60,457 nt of DNA from a virus (Duplodnaviria; Caudoviricetes), in the IMG/VR virus record IMGVR_UViG_3300046747_000764, positions 1 through 60,457 of that record; one strand, given 5' to 3'. Within the stretch, counting starts at the first letter, position 1. Every line of letters starts with the position of its first letter. Both the position numbers and the translations under genes were made by a program. The notes under the pieces were generated by a model that saw only the letters and a list, made by a program, of their open reading frames with translations, did no database searches and was not told the DNA's origin. This document shows positions 47,804 to 56,744 of the stretch, piece by piece.

Positions 47804-48010
47804 TCAGCCGCAGCCATCCCAAACGGCGCTCGCAGAATCGGTGTGATCGGGCGGCGGGCACGGCAGCGTCTCGCCGTGTACGCCGGCGTGGTAACACCAG
47901 CAATCGCCCGACGAGAGACCCTTGCGCAGGTGACAGCCCTGCCGCTCACCCTTGATGCGCAGCATGGCGGTGCGGATGGTGGCGAAGTCGTTAGCAGCCG
48001 GTTCCGGCAT
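47804..48010 (-). CDS. Small Cys/His protein sharing N-terminus with neighbour
   Basis: Begins MPEPAANDFATIR. Confidence 0.5.
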   Translation of the reverse strand: MPEPAANDFATIRTAMLRIKGERQGCHLRKGLSSGDCWCYHAGVHGETLPCPPPDHTDSASAVWDGCG

Positions 48011-48013
48011 GGT

Positions 48014-48223
48014 TTAACCGATTCCCATTCGTCGCTGAGCATCGGCTCGCCGGCTTCTCTGAGTTTTCGAACTCGCCGAAGTCACAGAGGCGAATGCTTC
48101 TCTCGCGCGCTCACCCCAACCGAGCACCACAGACGCAGGCTCGCTGGAGAGGCGCCGATCGTCGTCAAGGCGCTGGAGGCCCGCTCGGATCGCCGCGAAG
48201 TCATTAGCAGCCGGTTCCGCCAT
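48014..48223 (-). CDS. Small protein sharing N-terminus with neighbour
   Basis: Begins MAEPAANDFAAIR. Confidence 0.5.
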   Translation of the reverse strand: MAEPAANDFAAIRAGLQRLDDDRRLSSEPASVVLGWGERAREAFASVTSASSKTQRSRRADAQRRMGIG

Positions 48224-48228
48224 CCCTT

Positions 48229-48474
48229 CTACTCCCTGCCGATCTGGTCGAGCCACGCGATCCGATCCCGCAGATCGCCCTTCGCGGCGTCGATGACGGC
48301 ATCCCGAATCGGCAAGGGAAGCGCGGCATAGTGCTTTAGCGGTAGATGCCGCTGCCCGGTCTCGATTTGATTCACGAATGCCGGAGAGACACCCAGGAGT
48401 GAGGCGAGATCCTGTTGTTTCAGGTTGGCTTCGCGTCGCGCCTTCCGGAGCGCCGACCCAATCAGATTTGCCAT
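48229..48474 (-). CDS. XRE/Cro-like HTH regulator
   Basis: LRKAR...L.Q.DLA..LGVS..FVN.IE.G; start re-called at MANL. Confidence 0.8.
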   Translation of the reverse strand: MANLIGSALRKARREANLKQQDLASLLGVSPAFVNQIETGQRHLPLKHYAALPLPIRDAVIDAAKGDLRDRIAWLDQIGRE

Positions 48475-48521
48475 GAGGCTTAATATGGCGCAGAAAACTG
48501 CAAAAATAAAGCGAAATAGCA

Positions 48522-48551
48522 CTTGACTGAAATCAAGCGGGTAGCTATATC
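48522..48551 (+). promoter_or_regulatory. Sigma70-like promoter with a short inverted repeat over the -35
   Basis: TTGACT (48523-28), 17 bp, TATATC (48546-51); CTTGA-N6-TCAAG. Confidence 0.55.
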
Positions 48552-48627
48552 CCATTCATCAGAAGCGAACGACGCCAGCCCGGTTAAAGGCCCGGACCGA
48601 GGACCGAGAAAGACGGTACGCCAGCAA

Positions 48628-48679
48628 GGGTCGCGCGGTAATGCGCCGCGCCTGACGATGGCTCGTTAAGCCGAAACCC
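48628..48679 (+). ncRNA. Type III hammerhead ribozyme
   Basis: GGGU-C^ GCGCGG/UAAUGCG/CCGCGC CUGACGA U GGCU/CGUUA/AGCC GAA ACCC: full core, three paired stems, GUC triplet. Confidence 0.85.
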
Positions 48680-48690
48680 CGGAGAGCACG

Positions 48691-48885
48691 ATGACCGACA
48701 CCCAGTTCATACGGGGCCTACCGCAGCGGGAGCACCCACGCGGTTTTACCCGGGCACTTACAGCCGAGGAGCTGTCGCGGCTAGAGAAGATCGCCGCACA
48801 GCATCTCCGCGATGGAGACAGTGTGCATAGGCCCGATCTGTACGGGAATGTGCACGAAGCCAGGATGCTGCTTGCCACTCTCTAA
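48691..48885 (+). CDS. Hypothetical protein
   Basis: GGAGAG RBS right after the ribozyme. Confidence 0.55.
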   Translation: MTDTQFIRGLPQREHPRGFTRALTAEELSRLEKIAAQHLRDGDSVHRPDLYGNVHEARMLLATL

Positions 48886-48965
48886 GCCTACGGGGGCGGG
48901 GCCGGCGGGGGACAAGACCACCATCAAGCAACCCGCCGGCCTCGATAATCTCAACGGAGGATAAG

Positions 48966-49199
48966 ATGAACTCAACTATCGACCGCGGATACAACATCAA
49001 TTGGACCATTAAGGTCAAGCCAGGGCTGGAAAGTAATGCGCCTAGCGCCGCTGGGGTTTACACCTATCGCGTACTGCGCCGCCACCGCGACCAGGGCTAC
49101 TGGGAAACGGTAATCACGAAAGGCGGCCACCCCGCGCTGCTCGGCTCCATCCAGATAAAAAGCGGCAAGGAGATCCTCGCCGACGCGTACGCGCCATGA
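48966..49199 (+). CDS. Hypothetical protein
   Basis: GGAGG RBS. Confidence 0.6.
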   Translation: MNSTIDRGYNINWTIKVKPGLESNAPSAAGVYTYRVLRRHRDQGYWETVITKGGHPALLGSIQIKSGKEILADAYAP

Positions 49200-49453
49200 C
49201 CCCATCTCAAGCCGCGGCAGCGATCCGCACCAGCGCGGGTCAATGTTGGTGCGAGTTCACCAAGGAGGACGGCACCCAGCGTGTCATGCGCTTTCAGTTT
49301 CAGCGCATTGGCCCGATCAATGGCCGCGGGTCGCCCCTGACGAACCCAGATCAAGTTCGCGTTTGGGATCCGGATGTGCGGGGGTGGCGCACGATAACCT
49401 GTAGTCGTTTGCAATGGCTCGATGTCGACGGCAAGCGACAGGAGATACGATGA
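49196..49453 (+). CDS. SH3-fold WYL_2-like protein
   Basis: FTK.DGT.R.M ... V.VWD.D..GWR. Confidence 0.65.
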   Translation: MTPSQAAAAIRTSAGQCWCEFTKEDGTQRVMRFQFQRIGPINGRGSPLTNPDQVRVWDPDVRGWRTITCSRLQWLDVDGKRQEIR

Positions 49454-49611
49454 TGACCGAAGAACCCACAGTGACCGTGCCCCGCTGGGCTCTGCAGTTC
49501 GTTATGGACAATGCTTGTTTTTGGGACAAGGGGCCGCAGGGGGCGGGGTGGCGGTCTGATGAAATGAGGCGGGCGACCGACGTGCTCGAAAAGGCGCTGG
49601 AGGAGCAATGA
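49450..49611 (+). CDS. Hypothetical protein
   Basis: AGGAG RBS, ATGA coupling. Confidence 0.5.
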   Translation: MMTEEPTVTVPRWALQFVMDNACFWDKGPQGAGWRSDEMRRATDVLEKALEEQ

Positions 49612-49765
49612 CACGCCCTACAGAGACGACTCTAAAGCGCAAGAACCCATGGACAGCGGCGTTTGCCGCACTGCTTGGGCTCGCAATACTTCTCGCAATA
49701 CCCTTTCTCGCCCTTATCGCATTCGCCCTTATCGCAGCGAAGATGATCCCATAGGAGATACGGAA

Positions 49766-49978
49766 ATGAGCACAACACTCGCGACGCGAGACTTCGCGCA
49801 CGCCGCCACCGTATGCGCCACGTTAGAGACGGGCCTTCGGATCGGTATCTCTCGGGCTCAGCGAGCCATCGAGGAGGCTCAGGCCGAGGTACGGCAGATG
49901 ATCGACTTGCTCAACCAGGGCCGCGTCGCGCGGGGCTTCCCGCCGCTCGATATGGAACTCTCTAGAGATGTGACATGA
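49766..49978 (+). CDS. Hypothetical protein
   Basis: AGGAG RBS before MSTTLA. Confidence 0.55.
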   Translation: MSTTLATRDFAHAATVCATLETGLRIGISRAQRAIEEAQAEVRQMIDLLNQGRVARGFPPLDMELSRDVT

Positions 49979-50262
49979 TGCGGACTCAAGCCGCTAATAT
50001 CATCGTCTTGCTGGGGCTCGCAGGGTGCACCGCCCCGGTGTGGGATCGGCCCAACACCACCCAATCGATGTTTGAAATGGACGCTGCAAACTGCCAGCTA
50101 GTGGCAAAAGCCGTCACCCCCGACGTAGGGCCGAGTCGGGAATACCACTCGCTATCGAGCGCCGCTGGAGCGGGCATCGCCGACGGGATTATGCTCGGCA
50201 TCGAGCACGCCGAGAACTATTCCCTGTGCATGAAGGCCCATGGCTACACGAGGATGAGGTAA
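49975..50262 (+). CDS. Lipoprotein
   Basis: Lipobox LAGC; D.A.C and CM.A.GY motifs. Confidence 0.75.
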   Translation: MMRTQAANIIVLLGLAGCTAPVWDRPNTTQSMFEMDAANCQLVAKAVTPDVGPSREYHSLSSAAGAGIADGIMLGIEHAENYSLCMKAHGYTRMR

Positions 50263-50274
50263 ATATTCCGAGTT

Positions 50275-50502
50275 TCACGTGGAACGGGCGTGCGGGACCG
50301 GCGGAACTCTGGTCCTTCTGGCCGTTGCTGCGCGGCGCCGTAGACTCGCTACTTGGGTCCGGGCGTCAATGTCTCCAAAGCCGCTAGCGGCGAGCATTTC
50401 GTCGACGAGAACCGCAACCGGGCGTTGGTCGCCCCTCTCGCGCTGCCGGCGGATCAGCGCGCCGAGGCTCGTATTGATGCTGGTAAGGGTCCGGCCGTCC
50501 AT
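50275..50502 (-). CDS. Hypothetical protein
   Basis: AGGAG RBS. Confidence 0.45.
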   Translation of the reverse strand: MDGRTLTSINTSLGALIRRQRERGDQRPVAVLVDEMLAASGFGDIDARTQVASLRRRAATARRTRVPPVPHARST

Positions 50503-50604
50503 GGGCCGTCTCCTGGTCAGCGAAGACTTAAACTCATATCGTCGGCAGGGTCATCGAGAGCGCGAGCGCGAAGGCCGCGGCGTGCAGCAATAGGCCGGTC
50601 AGCC

Positions 50605-50928
50605 TCACTGAATCCGGCTCAAGCCGTATACATCTGCGGTGATCAGCACTCTGCTATTGAGTTCTATCCCCACCACAGCGCTTACCCTTTCGATCTGCCG
50701 CAAGGCTATTGCTTCTTTTCTGCTGCCTCGCGGGATGTGGCATAGCGCGTGATGCGCCGCACAGTAAGCGGAAGCGCCGCGCCGAGCAGCGCCGCAACTC
50801 ATGCCCGCATCGAGGATGTAGCGGCAATCACCATCGATCTCGTGGCCGATGAGGTTCATGCCCGCAGGGAGAGGGCGACGGGAGGAGCGTCGGGAGGAAT
50901 GAAGGCGCACCGGCTCGGCCAAGGTCAC
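50605..50928 (-). CDS. GcrA-like Zn-binding domain protein
   Basis: L......CRY....CGA....YC..H...C, resembling the GcrA C-terminal domain. Confidence 0.6.
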   Translation of the reverse strand: MTLAEPVRLHSSRRSSRRPLPAGMNLIGHEIDGDCRYILDAGMSCGAARRGASAYCAAHHALCHIPRGSRKEAIALRQIERVSAVVGIELNSRVLITADVYGLSRIQ

Positions 50929-51103
50929 TTAGTGTCGTGCTGGTTGGGGAGCTTCGCCTGGGCCTTTTGCATTTTGGTAAGCAGAGCGATACCGCGGCGC
51001 AGCGCAGCGCGGGAATCGTCCCAGGTTAGCAAGCTGCGGGCGAGCAGCGCGGTGCGCCGAGCCAACCCATCAATGGTCGGTGTGTCGTCGGTTTTGATGT
51101 CCA

Positions 51104-51871
51104 TTAAATGCCTGATCTGGCGATAATCCTGCGGACCTGGGTGCTGTTCCAGGTGATGCGTCTAGATGGCGTTTCGATGCCGCGCGCCGTAAGTGCCCTG
51201 GCGATCTTGCCTAGAGTGCAGCAGCCGGCCTCACGAGCTTCCTGGATGTACAACATCACATCAGCTGCGTGCTCTTCAGCCTTTGCCGACCGCGCCTTTC
51301 GAGCGGATCGAGCATCGCCGAAGCGGTCGCCTTTGCGTAGATTAGGATTGCCGAGTTTCGTGATGGACTTGCCAGAGCGGCGAGAAATCCACTGCCCGGT
51401 AGCTTCGATAGCGGCCTTAACGACAGCTAGAGCAGCCTTGGTGCGCTCCGATACGGCGGTTGCTTCGTATTCGGCGAACACGGCCATCATCTGAACGAGC
51501 ATTTTGGTGGCGTGAGGATTGTCACAGGCCACGAAATCGACGCCAGACTCCATAAGCCCAGAGACAAAGTGAACGTTCCTGGCTAAGCGATCCAGCTTGG
51601 CAATCACCAAGGTCGCTCGCCTAAGCCGGCACGCGCCTAGAGCGGCGATCAGCTGGGGCCGCCGCCGCTTGTTTGTGCCGGTCTCTATCTCCGTGAACTC
51701 AGCCACAACAGTCCCGCCCTGAGCGGCGACATAGCGAGCCACAGCTTCCCTCTGGGCTTCGAGCCCAAGGCCGCTGTCGCCCTGTTTATCCGTACTCACG
51801 CGAAAATATAGGGCAAACCTCGGCGCAGAGCCTGGCATGCCCGAGGCCCGCAACCGGGCGTCGCGGGCCAT
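51104..51871 (-). CDS. Serine recombinase (resolvase/invertase family with short recombinase-type tail)
   Basis: YFRVST..Q..SGLGLEAQ, RP.L..A, KLDRLAR, E...SERTK. Confidence 0.9.
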   Translation of the reverse strand: MARDARLRASGMPGSAPRFALYFRVSTDKQGDSGLGLEAQREAVARYVAAQGGTVVAEFTEIETGTNKRRRPQLIAALGACRLRRATLVIAKLDRLARNVHFVSGLMESGVDFVACDNPHATKMLVQMMAVFAEYEATAVSERTKAALAVVKAAIEATGQWISRRSGKSITKLGNPNLRKGDRFGDARSARKARSAKAEEHAADVMLYIQEAREAGCCTLGKIARALTARGIETPSRRITWNSTQVRRIIARSGI

Positions 51872-52495
51872 CGTGGGGGCATGTCATCCTAAAATGTTCG
51901 TATGGACTGAGTGATACGAATCGACCGGATCGTTGTTACAGAATCAACAGAATGCGGGTGATAGGCGGCACCAGGACGGTCGCACGCGCTTGTCGACGCG
52001 GCCGTCGTCTAGTCTGACGGACAGAAAAATTCGACCGATAGCGATGAGCTCGCCGCTGGCTTCGCCGTGATTGGCTTCAGGAGCGAGCCGCACGCGCGCA
52101 CCCAGCTTAAGGAAGGTCACGGTGCGGTGCTGTCTCATTTGCTCAGCACCGTCGTCCTGGAGAAGTAGGCTATTAAAACGATCGAGCCGAGGTCTGGGAA
52201 CCCCGGCTCTATCTTGACGATCTGGAAGATGGAAAAGCCGTTGACGCGGCTCGAAAGGCGTCACCCCCGAACCTAGCGGAGCGACTTACTCTTAGCATTT
52301 TTCCCTGTCGTAACCAAGGAAAATACGGATGATCGCCGACACTTTTAACAAACCAGACGCAAAGCATGTCGATGGCGACAAGCCGAGCGTAGGCCAGACG
52401 GCGTGCACCTGCTACAGGCTAGGCAGGCTGCCGCGTGGCCACAACCACCATCCGTTATGCGATATCTGGGAAGGGCGACGGACCGATTCGTAGGG

Positions 52496-53137
52496 TTATC
52501 GGCCTGGCCGCATGAGTCGATAGTGCTTGGCCAGATCGCCGAGCGCAAACACCAGGATGGTTTGTGCCTCGCCGACGGAGAGCCGCCGGCCGTTGCTCCG
52601 CGACAGGGCCCACTCGGCGAGCGAGCGGTCCCACCCGAGGACGGTCCACAGAACTGACCCGGCTGGCGAGGCAAGGCCGCCCACGGCCACGATGGCGTGG
52701 TAGATGGCCAAGCGGGCGGATTCGACGCGAGCGTTTGGTTCGCGACCAGCCGTCGACCCGGCGCTGCGCACGAGCGCGCCGGCGCGAAGCGGGCTGAGAC
52801 CGGCGGCGAAGAACCCATCGCGGAACGTGTCGCCCGCGGCGCGCTGGTCTTTGTCGATTACTCCGGATCGCTCCATACCGGCGAGCAGCCCGACGGCACG
52901 ATAAGGAGAGACCGGCCGGCCCTCGTCGTCGGCGATCGGTTCTTTCATGCGCTCGACGGCGCCGTGACGTAGTCGATCGGGGAGAGGCAGGCCTAAATTG
53001 TCTTTGCGCAAGCGGCCGTTTGGCTGGCGCTTGCCAGACTTGCGAGCTCTGCCCATTCGCCTCCCGGACAAAGCGCGCGTTGCTGGAACGGGAGGCCGGG
53101 CGCAAGAATCCCAGTCTCTATTTCGCTCGTTTAGCAT
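52496..53137 (-). CDS. DUF6456-like phage protein
   Basis: G.I...Q..AG..FR..F..AG.; V.G...SL...; L..AL..LA.HY. Confidence 0.65.
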   Translation of the reverse strand: MLNERNRDWDSCARPPVPATRALSGRRMGRARKSGKRQPNGRLRKDNLGLPLPDRLRHGAVERMKEPIADDEGRPVSPYRAVGLLAGMERSGVIDKDQRAAGDTFRDGFFAAGLSPLRAGALVRSAGSTAGREPNARVESARLAIYHAIVAVGGLASPAGSVLWTVLGWDRSLAEWALSRSNGRRLSVGEAQTILVFALGDLAKHYRLMRPGR

Positions 53138-53248
53138 GATCTCCCCCTCGTTGTCAAGGAAGTATGTGACAAGGCAAAATAAAGTGGCGAGCCAGCCAAG
53201 GAGCTGCTAGCTAGTAAATGGCGTTTTACTTGTTTCTTGGTGTTATTG

Positions 53249-53560
53249 TTATTTAGTGGCGATATGCACGCATATCCGGCCGCCGCCATCTTCGATGAAT
53301 TCGAGGCCAGCCGCCTCCAAGCTCTGTCGTAGAGCCGAGAGATGATTCGGGTGGAGCAGCCGGCCGTTTTCGAACAGCCGGATGGTTTCGCAGGAGAGGT
53401 TCGCGGCGGAGCCCAAACTCCGTCGCGACCACCCCAGGGTGGCCCGCGCTTGACGACAAGCAATCGGATTGAGCAGCAGGCCCGACCCCCATCCCCCTTG
53501 AGCCGTCGCATTGATCCCCAACGCCTTGACGGATATGAGGTTTTCGATAAAATGATTCAA
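53249..53560 (-). CDS. XRE-family HTH regulator
   Basis: CR.ARA.LGWS...L...A.....I..FE.G, LE.AG.EFI; start uncertain. Confidence 0.7.
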   Translation of the reverse strand: MNHFIENLISVKALGINATAQGGWGSGLLLNPIACRQARATLGWSRRSLGSAANLSCETIRLFENGRLLHPNHLSALRQSLEAAGLEFIEDGGGRICVHIATK

Positions 53561-53576
53561 ATGGAAAGAGGGTTAT

Positions 53577-54011
53577 TTGGTTAGGGTCGCAGTTATTCCA
53601 CCAAAGAGAGACCCTGACGAAGATTTTTGCCTTCCAGCCACCGATCTAGCCGTGTTTGGCAGATATTTGTATCAATCTGGGTGGCAAAAGGCCATGAGCG
53701 TCGAATTGAAGGTCAATCGGCGACGAATAGTCTATTGGAAAACGTTTAAAAAGCCGGTCAGCAAAAAATATAGCGCCATGATCACTCGGATCGTCGGGGC
53801 ACGTCATAAGCGCCGCGTAGCTCGAGAAGACGAGGAATTTAGGGCGATGATAGAGTCGCTCTCCTCAGCGCCCGCGCGCGCTATGCTTCTGGCGATGTTG
53901 GCCGCTGAGGTGGAGGTGCGAATCCGCGCAATCATGCAGTTAACGAGCGGCCACATGGGCGATAGGATGGTTAGGCAAGCCCGGCCCGACGCTCCGAGAC
54001 GCTTGGATTAG
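53577..54011 (+). CDS. Hypothetical protein divergent from the XRE gene
   Basis: 144-aa ORF. Confidence 0.45.
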   Translation: MVRVAVIPPKRDPDEDFCLPATDLAVFGRYLYQSGWQKAMSVELKVNRRRIVYWKTFKKPVSKKYSAMITRIVGARHKRRVAREDEEFRAMIESLSSAPARAMLLAMLAAEVEVRIRAIMQLTSGHMGDRMVRQARPDAPRRLD

Positions 54012-54022
54012 CCCACGCCCAC

Positions 54023-55024
54023 TCAATCCGAATTCTTCGATGTGTACGCGTCGGGGTTATCGTAGACGCGTCGGTCGTTCGGACCGTTGTCGACCGTCGC
54101 GCCGGTAATTGATCGGCCGATGGTCGCTGGATCAACGCGAGCGTGAGCTTTCGTTATGTCGGGCCAGCTATAAGGTGCCTCTGAAGGGCGACGGTGTGTG
54201 GTCGCTTCTTGCGCCCGCGCCGCTTTAACAATCTCAGACGAAGCCGCCGCTTCGTCAAACTCGTCCAGCGGCGGAGGCCCCCAAGGGGCCGGCTCAATAG
54301 GTTCACCAACCTCTTCGATCTGTGAAGCTTCAACAATCGTCGTGTTTTCTGACCCCAGCTGGTCGGGAGCCGCTTGTGGTTCGTCGCCGACATACATGCA
54401 CAGGCCGTCATCGAAGCAGCCCTCAGGCCGACCGGCGCAGCGCTCGCATCGCTTTTCAGTCTTAGCCGCCTCGGGCAGCTCTACGGTTCGAAAGCGGTCA
54501 GGCTGGTATGCCGGATCGGAAACGGCCACGACTTCGGTCGGAACCGGCCGCTTCGGGTTGGACCGCTTGACGAGCTCCTGGTAGTGCCTCTCTATACCAC
54601 CGACGGTTCGGCCCATATCGCGAGCGAGGGATCCGAACCTTTGCGCGGCGTTAGCACGCCCCTGGGCAGCTGCCATTATCCGCTGGTCATCAGCGGGCGA
54701 ATATGCAGCGTGAGGGCCATGCGCGCGGCGCTTGCGAGTAGGGCTGACTTGGTCGGGGGACAGCCGCACGGGCTTCTTGGGATTGCTGGGCCGCGGTGTA
54801 GCTGGCGCATCGTTAGTCGCTGGCGAGGTAGGCGCATTGGAATACCGCGCAGCGATCTCCACAGCTTGCCGCTCAAGCGAGACCAGCGCCGCGAGAGCGG
54901 ATTCGAGCGTGGTTTTCTCCTCGATCACTTGCGCGAGGCGGCACTCGATGGCTGCTCGGGCGGCGGCGAAGCGGTCGGTGGTTTTATGTTCTTCCACGCT
55001 CTCTCTCCATCTCGTTGCGTCCAA
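54023..55024 (-). CDS. Hypothetical protein
   Basis: 333-aa ORF in the minus-strand operon; CxxC cluster. Confidence 0.55.
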   Translation of the reverse strand: MDATRWRESVEEHKTTDRFAAARAAIECRLAQVIEEKTTLESALAALVSLERQAVEIAARYSNAPTSPATNDAPATPRPSNPKKPVRLSPDQVSPTRKRRAHGPHAAYSPADDQRIMAAAQGRANAAQRFGSLARDMGRTVGGIERHYQELVKRSNPKRPVPTEVVAVSDPAYQPDRFRTVELPEAAKTEKRCERCAGRPEGCFDDGLCMYVGDEPQAAPDQLGSENTTIVEASQIEEVGEPIEPAPWGPPPLDEFDEAAASSEIVKAARAQEATTHRRPSEAPYSWPDITKAHARVDPATIGRSITGATVDNGPNDRRVYDNPDAYTSKNSD

Positions 55025-55033
55025 TCGGACATT

Positions 55034-55246
55034 TCATGGGCGCAGGAAATCCCGCGCGACGCGCTTGGCCGCCGTGTCCCTCAGCGCCGAGCGCTGCCGC
55101 GACAGCGCAGCCCGCGCCACGCCTAGTCGCGGCTCGTGCGATTTGCCGTCGGCGCGCCTACACGCCTCGCCCGGCACCGCACCGCACGTAGGACACGCCA
55201 CGGCGAGAATCTCGGCCCGCGACGGGTGGGTGAAGGTGTGTTTCAT
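55034..55246 (-). CDS. Small Zn-finger protein
   Basis: CPTCGA.PG..C...H.PR. Confidence 0.65.
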   Translation of the reverse strand: MKHTFTHPSRAEILAVACPTCGAVPGEACRRADGKSHEPRLGVARAALSRQRSALRDTAAKRVARDFLRP

Positions 55247-55887
55247 GACGTCGGGTCTCCGCTCAACACTTCCATAAAGCCCGCTGCAGCGGAAACAGGA
55301 TCAGCCGATAAATAAATCGGTCGTCCCACTACAGCGTGGGTGGCACCAGCCACTCGGCACTCCCGCGGAGTGATCGGCCGAAAGTGGCCGTCGCTACCAG
55401 TGACACCTTCCCAGCGGACACCAGGTACAACAACGTCCATCGATTCCCAGAAGCCCATCGCCATGTATCCCGGGACAATGACGCCATGCACGCCGGCCGG
55501 CCTGATCGGCCGCTCGTCGGGTCTCGCCGGGGGGTCTTTGTCGCTCGGCCAAAGCCATTGCCAGATCTTTATCCGCCCGTCGGCGGCTTCGAGCGCCACC
55601 TTCGTCGCATCCAACCCGCACGTCGACACCGCAGCAATGCGAGCACCGGCGAATCGTTTCACAGCCTCTCGCACGGTGTGCTCGGTATCGCTGAGTTTGA
55701 TGTCGAGGAAAATATTGGGGTGTGGAGTTGCTGCTGCTAGCTCGGAGGTGAAATAGGGCCAGTCGTCGCTGCACATCAACAGCGGGCCGATTTTGAGCCA
55801 GCTGACGCCAGCATCGATGAGCGAGCACGCGAGGGCGTATTGGTCTTGGTCCTCCGGGCCGTCCAGCGCGACCACCAGCTCTGTCAT
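55243..55887 (-). CDS. OMP decarboxylase (PyrF)-like TIM-barrel enzyme
   Basis: VVALD, KIG, FLDIKLSD (DxKxxD), PGVR and VVGRPI motifs. Confidence 0.8.
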   Translation of the reverse strand: MTELVVALDGPEDQDQYALACSLIDAGVSWLKIGPLLMCSDDWPYFTSELAAATPHPNIFLDIKLSDTEHTVREAVKRFAGARIAAVSTCGLDATKVALEAADGRIKIWQWLWPSDKDPPARPDERPIRPAGVHGVIVPGYMAMGFWESMDVVVPGVRWEGVTGSDGHFRPITPRECRVAGATHAVVGRPIYLSADPVSAAAGFMEVLSGDPTS

Positions 55888-56199
55888 TCAGGCACTCCGG
55901 CGCCGCGGCACGCTCGGCGGCGGGTTGAGTGCGGCCTTCAGAGCCTTGGCCGGCACGAACTTAGCTGCGTCTTTAGCAGGCACCTTGATCGGCTCCCCGG
56001 TTTTCGGGTTGCGCCTATCCGCGGCGCCGCGGTGGACGACCTTGAACGTGCCGAAGCCGGGGATCCGGATCTCCGAGCGTTGGATAAGCCCGTTGGCCAG
56101 TCCGCAGAAGACGGCGTCGACGGCGCTTTCCGCGGCTGCCGTTTTCATCTCGGTTATGATGGCGACTTGGCGCACGAGGTCTTTTTGGGAGATGGTCAT
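55888..56199 (-). CDS. HU-family DNA-binding protein
   Basis: GFGTF, RNPKTGE.I.VPA, F.P.KALK. Confidence 0.92.
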   Translation of the reverse strand: MTISQKDLVRQVAIITEMKTAAAESAVDAVFCGLANGLIQRSEIRIPGFGTFKVVHRGAADRRNPKTGEPIKVPAKDAAKFVPAKALKAALNPPPSVPRRRSA

Positions 56200-56206
56200 G
56201 TCGATT

Positions 56207-56744
56207 TCACTCCTGGTTCATCGCTAATCCCAACTCAGCGGCAGCCCGCCGTAGTTCTTCCGGGTCTTCGTGCTTTGGTATTTTACGCTCGGTAGCCGAG
56301 ACGCCAAGCGCGGCGTGCATTTCCTGGATCTCTCGACCGGTCATTCGCGAGGGCGCCCGGTATGGTGTGCGTGATCTACTGACGAACAGATCAACGTTGG
56401 CCGCGTGCTGCTGCCCGCAGAGAGCCATGAATGTCAGCATCTCCGGAGTGGGGTCGCCATTTTGCTTCCGCTCTCCGTGAACCTGCACCTGCAGCCTGAG
56501 CTGAGCACGCTCGTCATCCTGCTTGCGGAAATGCGCCGCCAGTTCTCGGTTGGGTTCGACGTCGGCGCGAGAGGTCGACAGTGCAAACGGCGGGCGAGGC
56601 TTCGCATAGATGCTCTCAGCAGCCTGTACCAGGCCTTCGTCGAACCACTTGCCATGCTGGTCCAACGCATAACCAGCGTCCTGCGGGTCACCGCGGGATC
56701 GCAGGAAAGCGTAGTCATACGCGTGGTAATGCCAGCGCTCGGTA
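56207..56744 (-). CDS. Hypothetical protein downstream of the initiator; start uncertain
   Basis: Open frame 56207..56995 that overlaps the initiator 3' end. Confidence 0.45.

Noticed and set aside
48570-48612. Twister ribozyme (CCCGGTTAAAGGCCCGG resembles part of it)
   Set aside because: The UAA cleavage loop and GAGGG pseudoknot partner are not present in the right arrangement.
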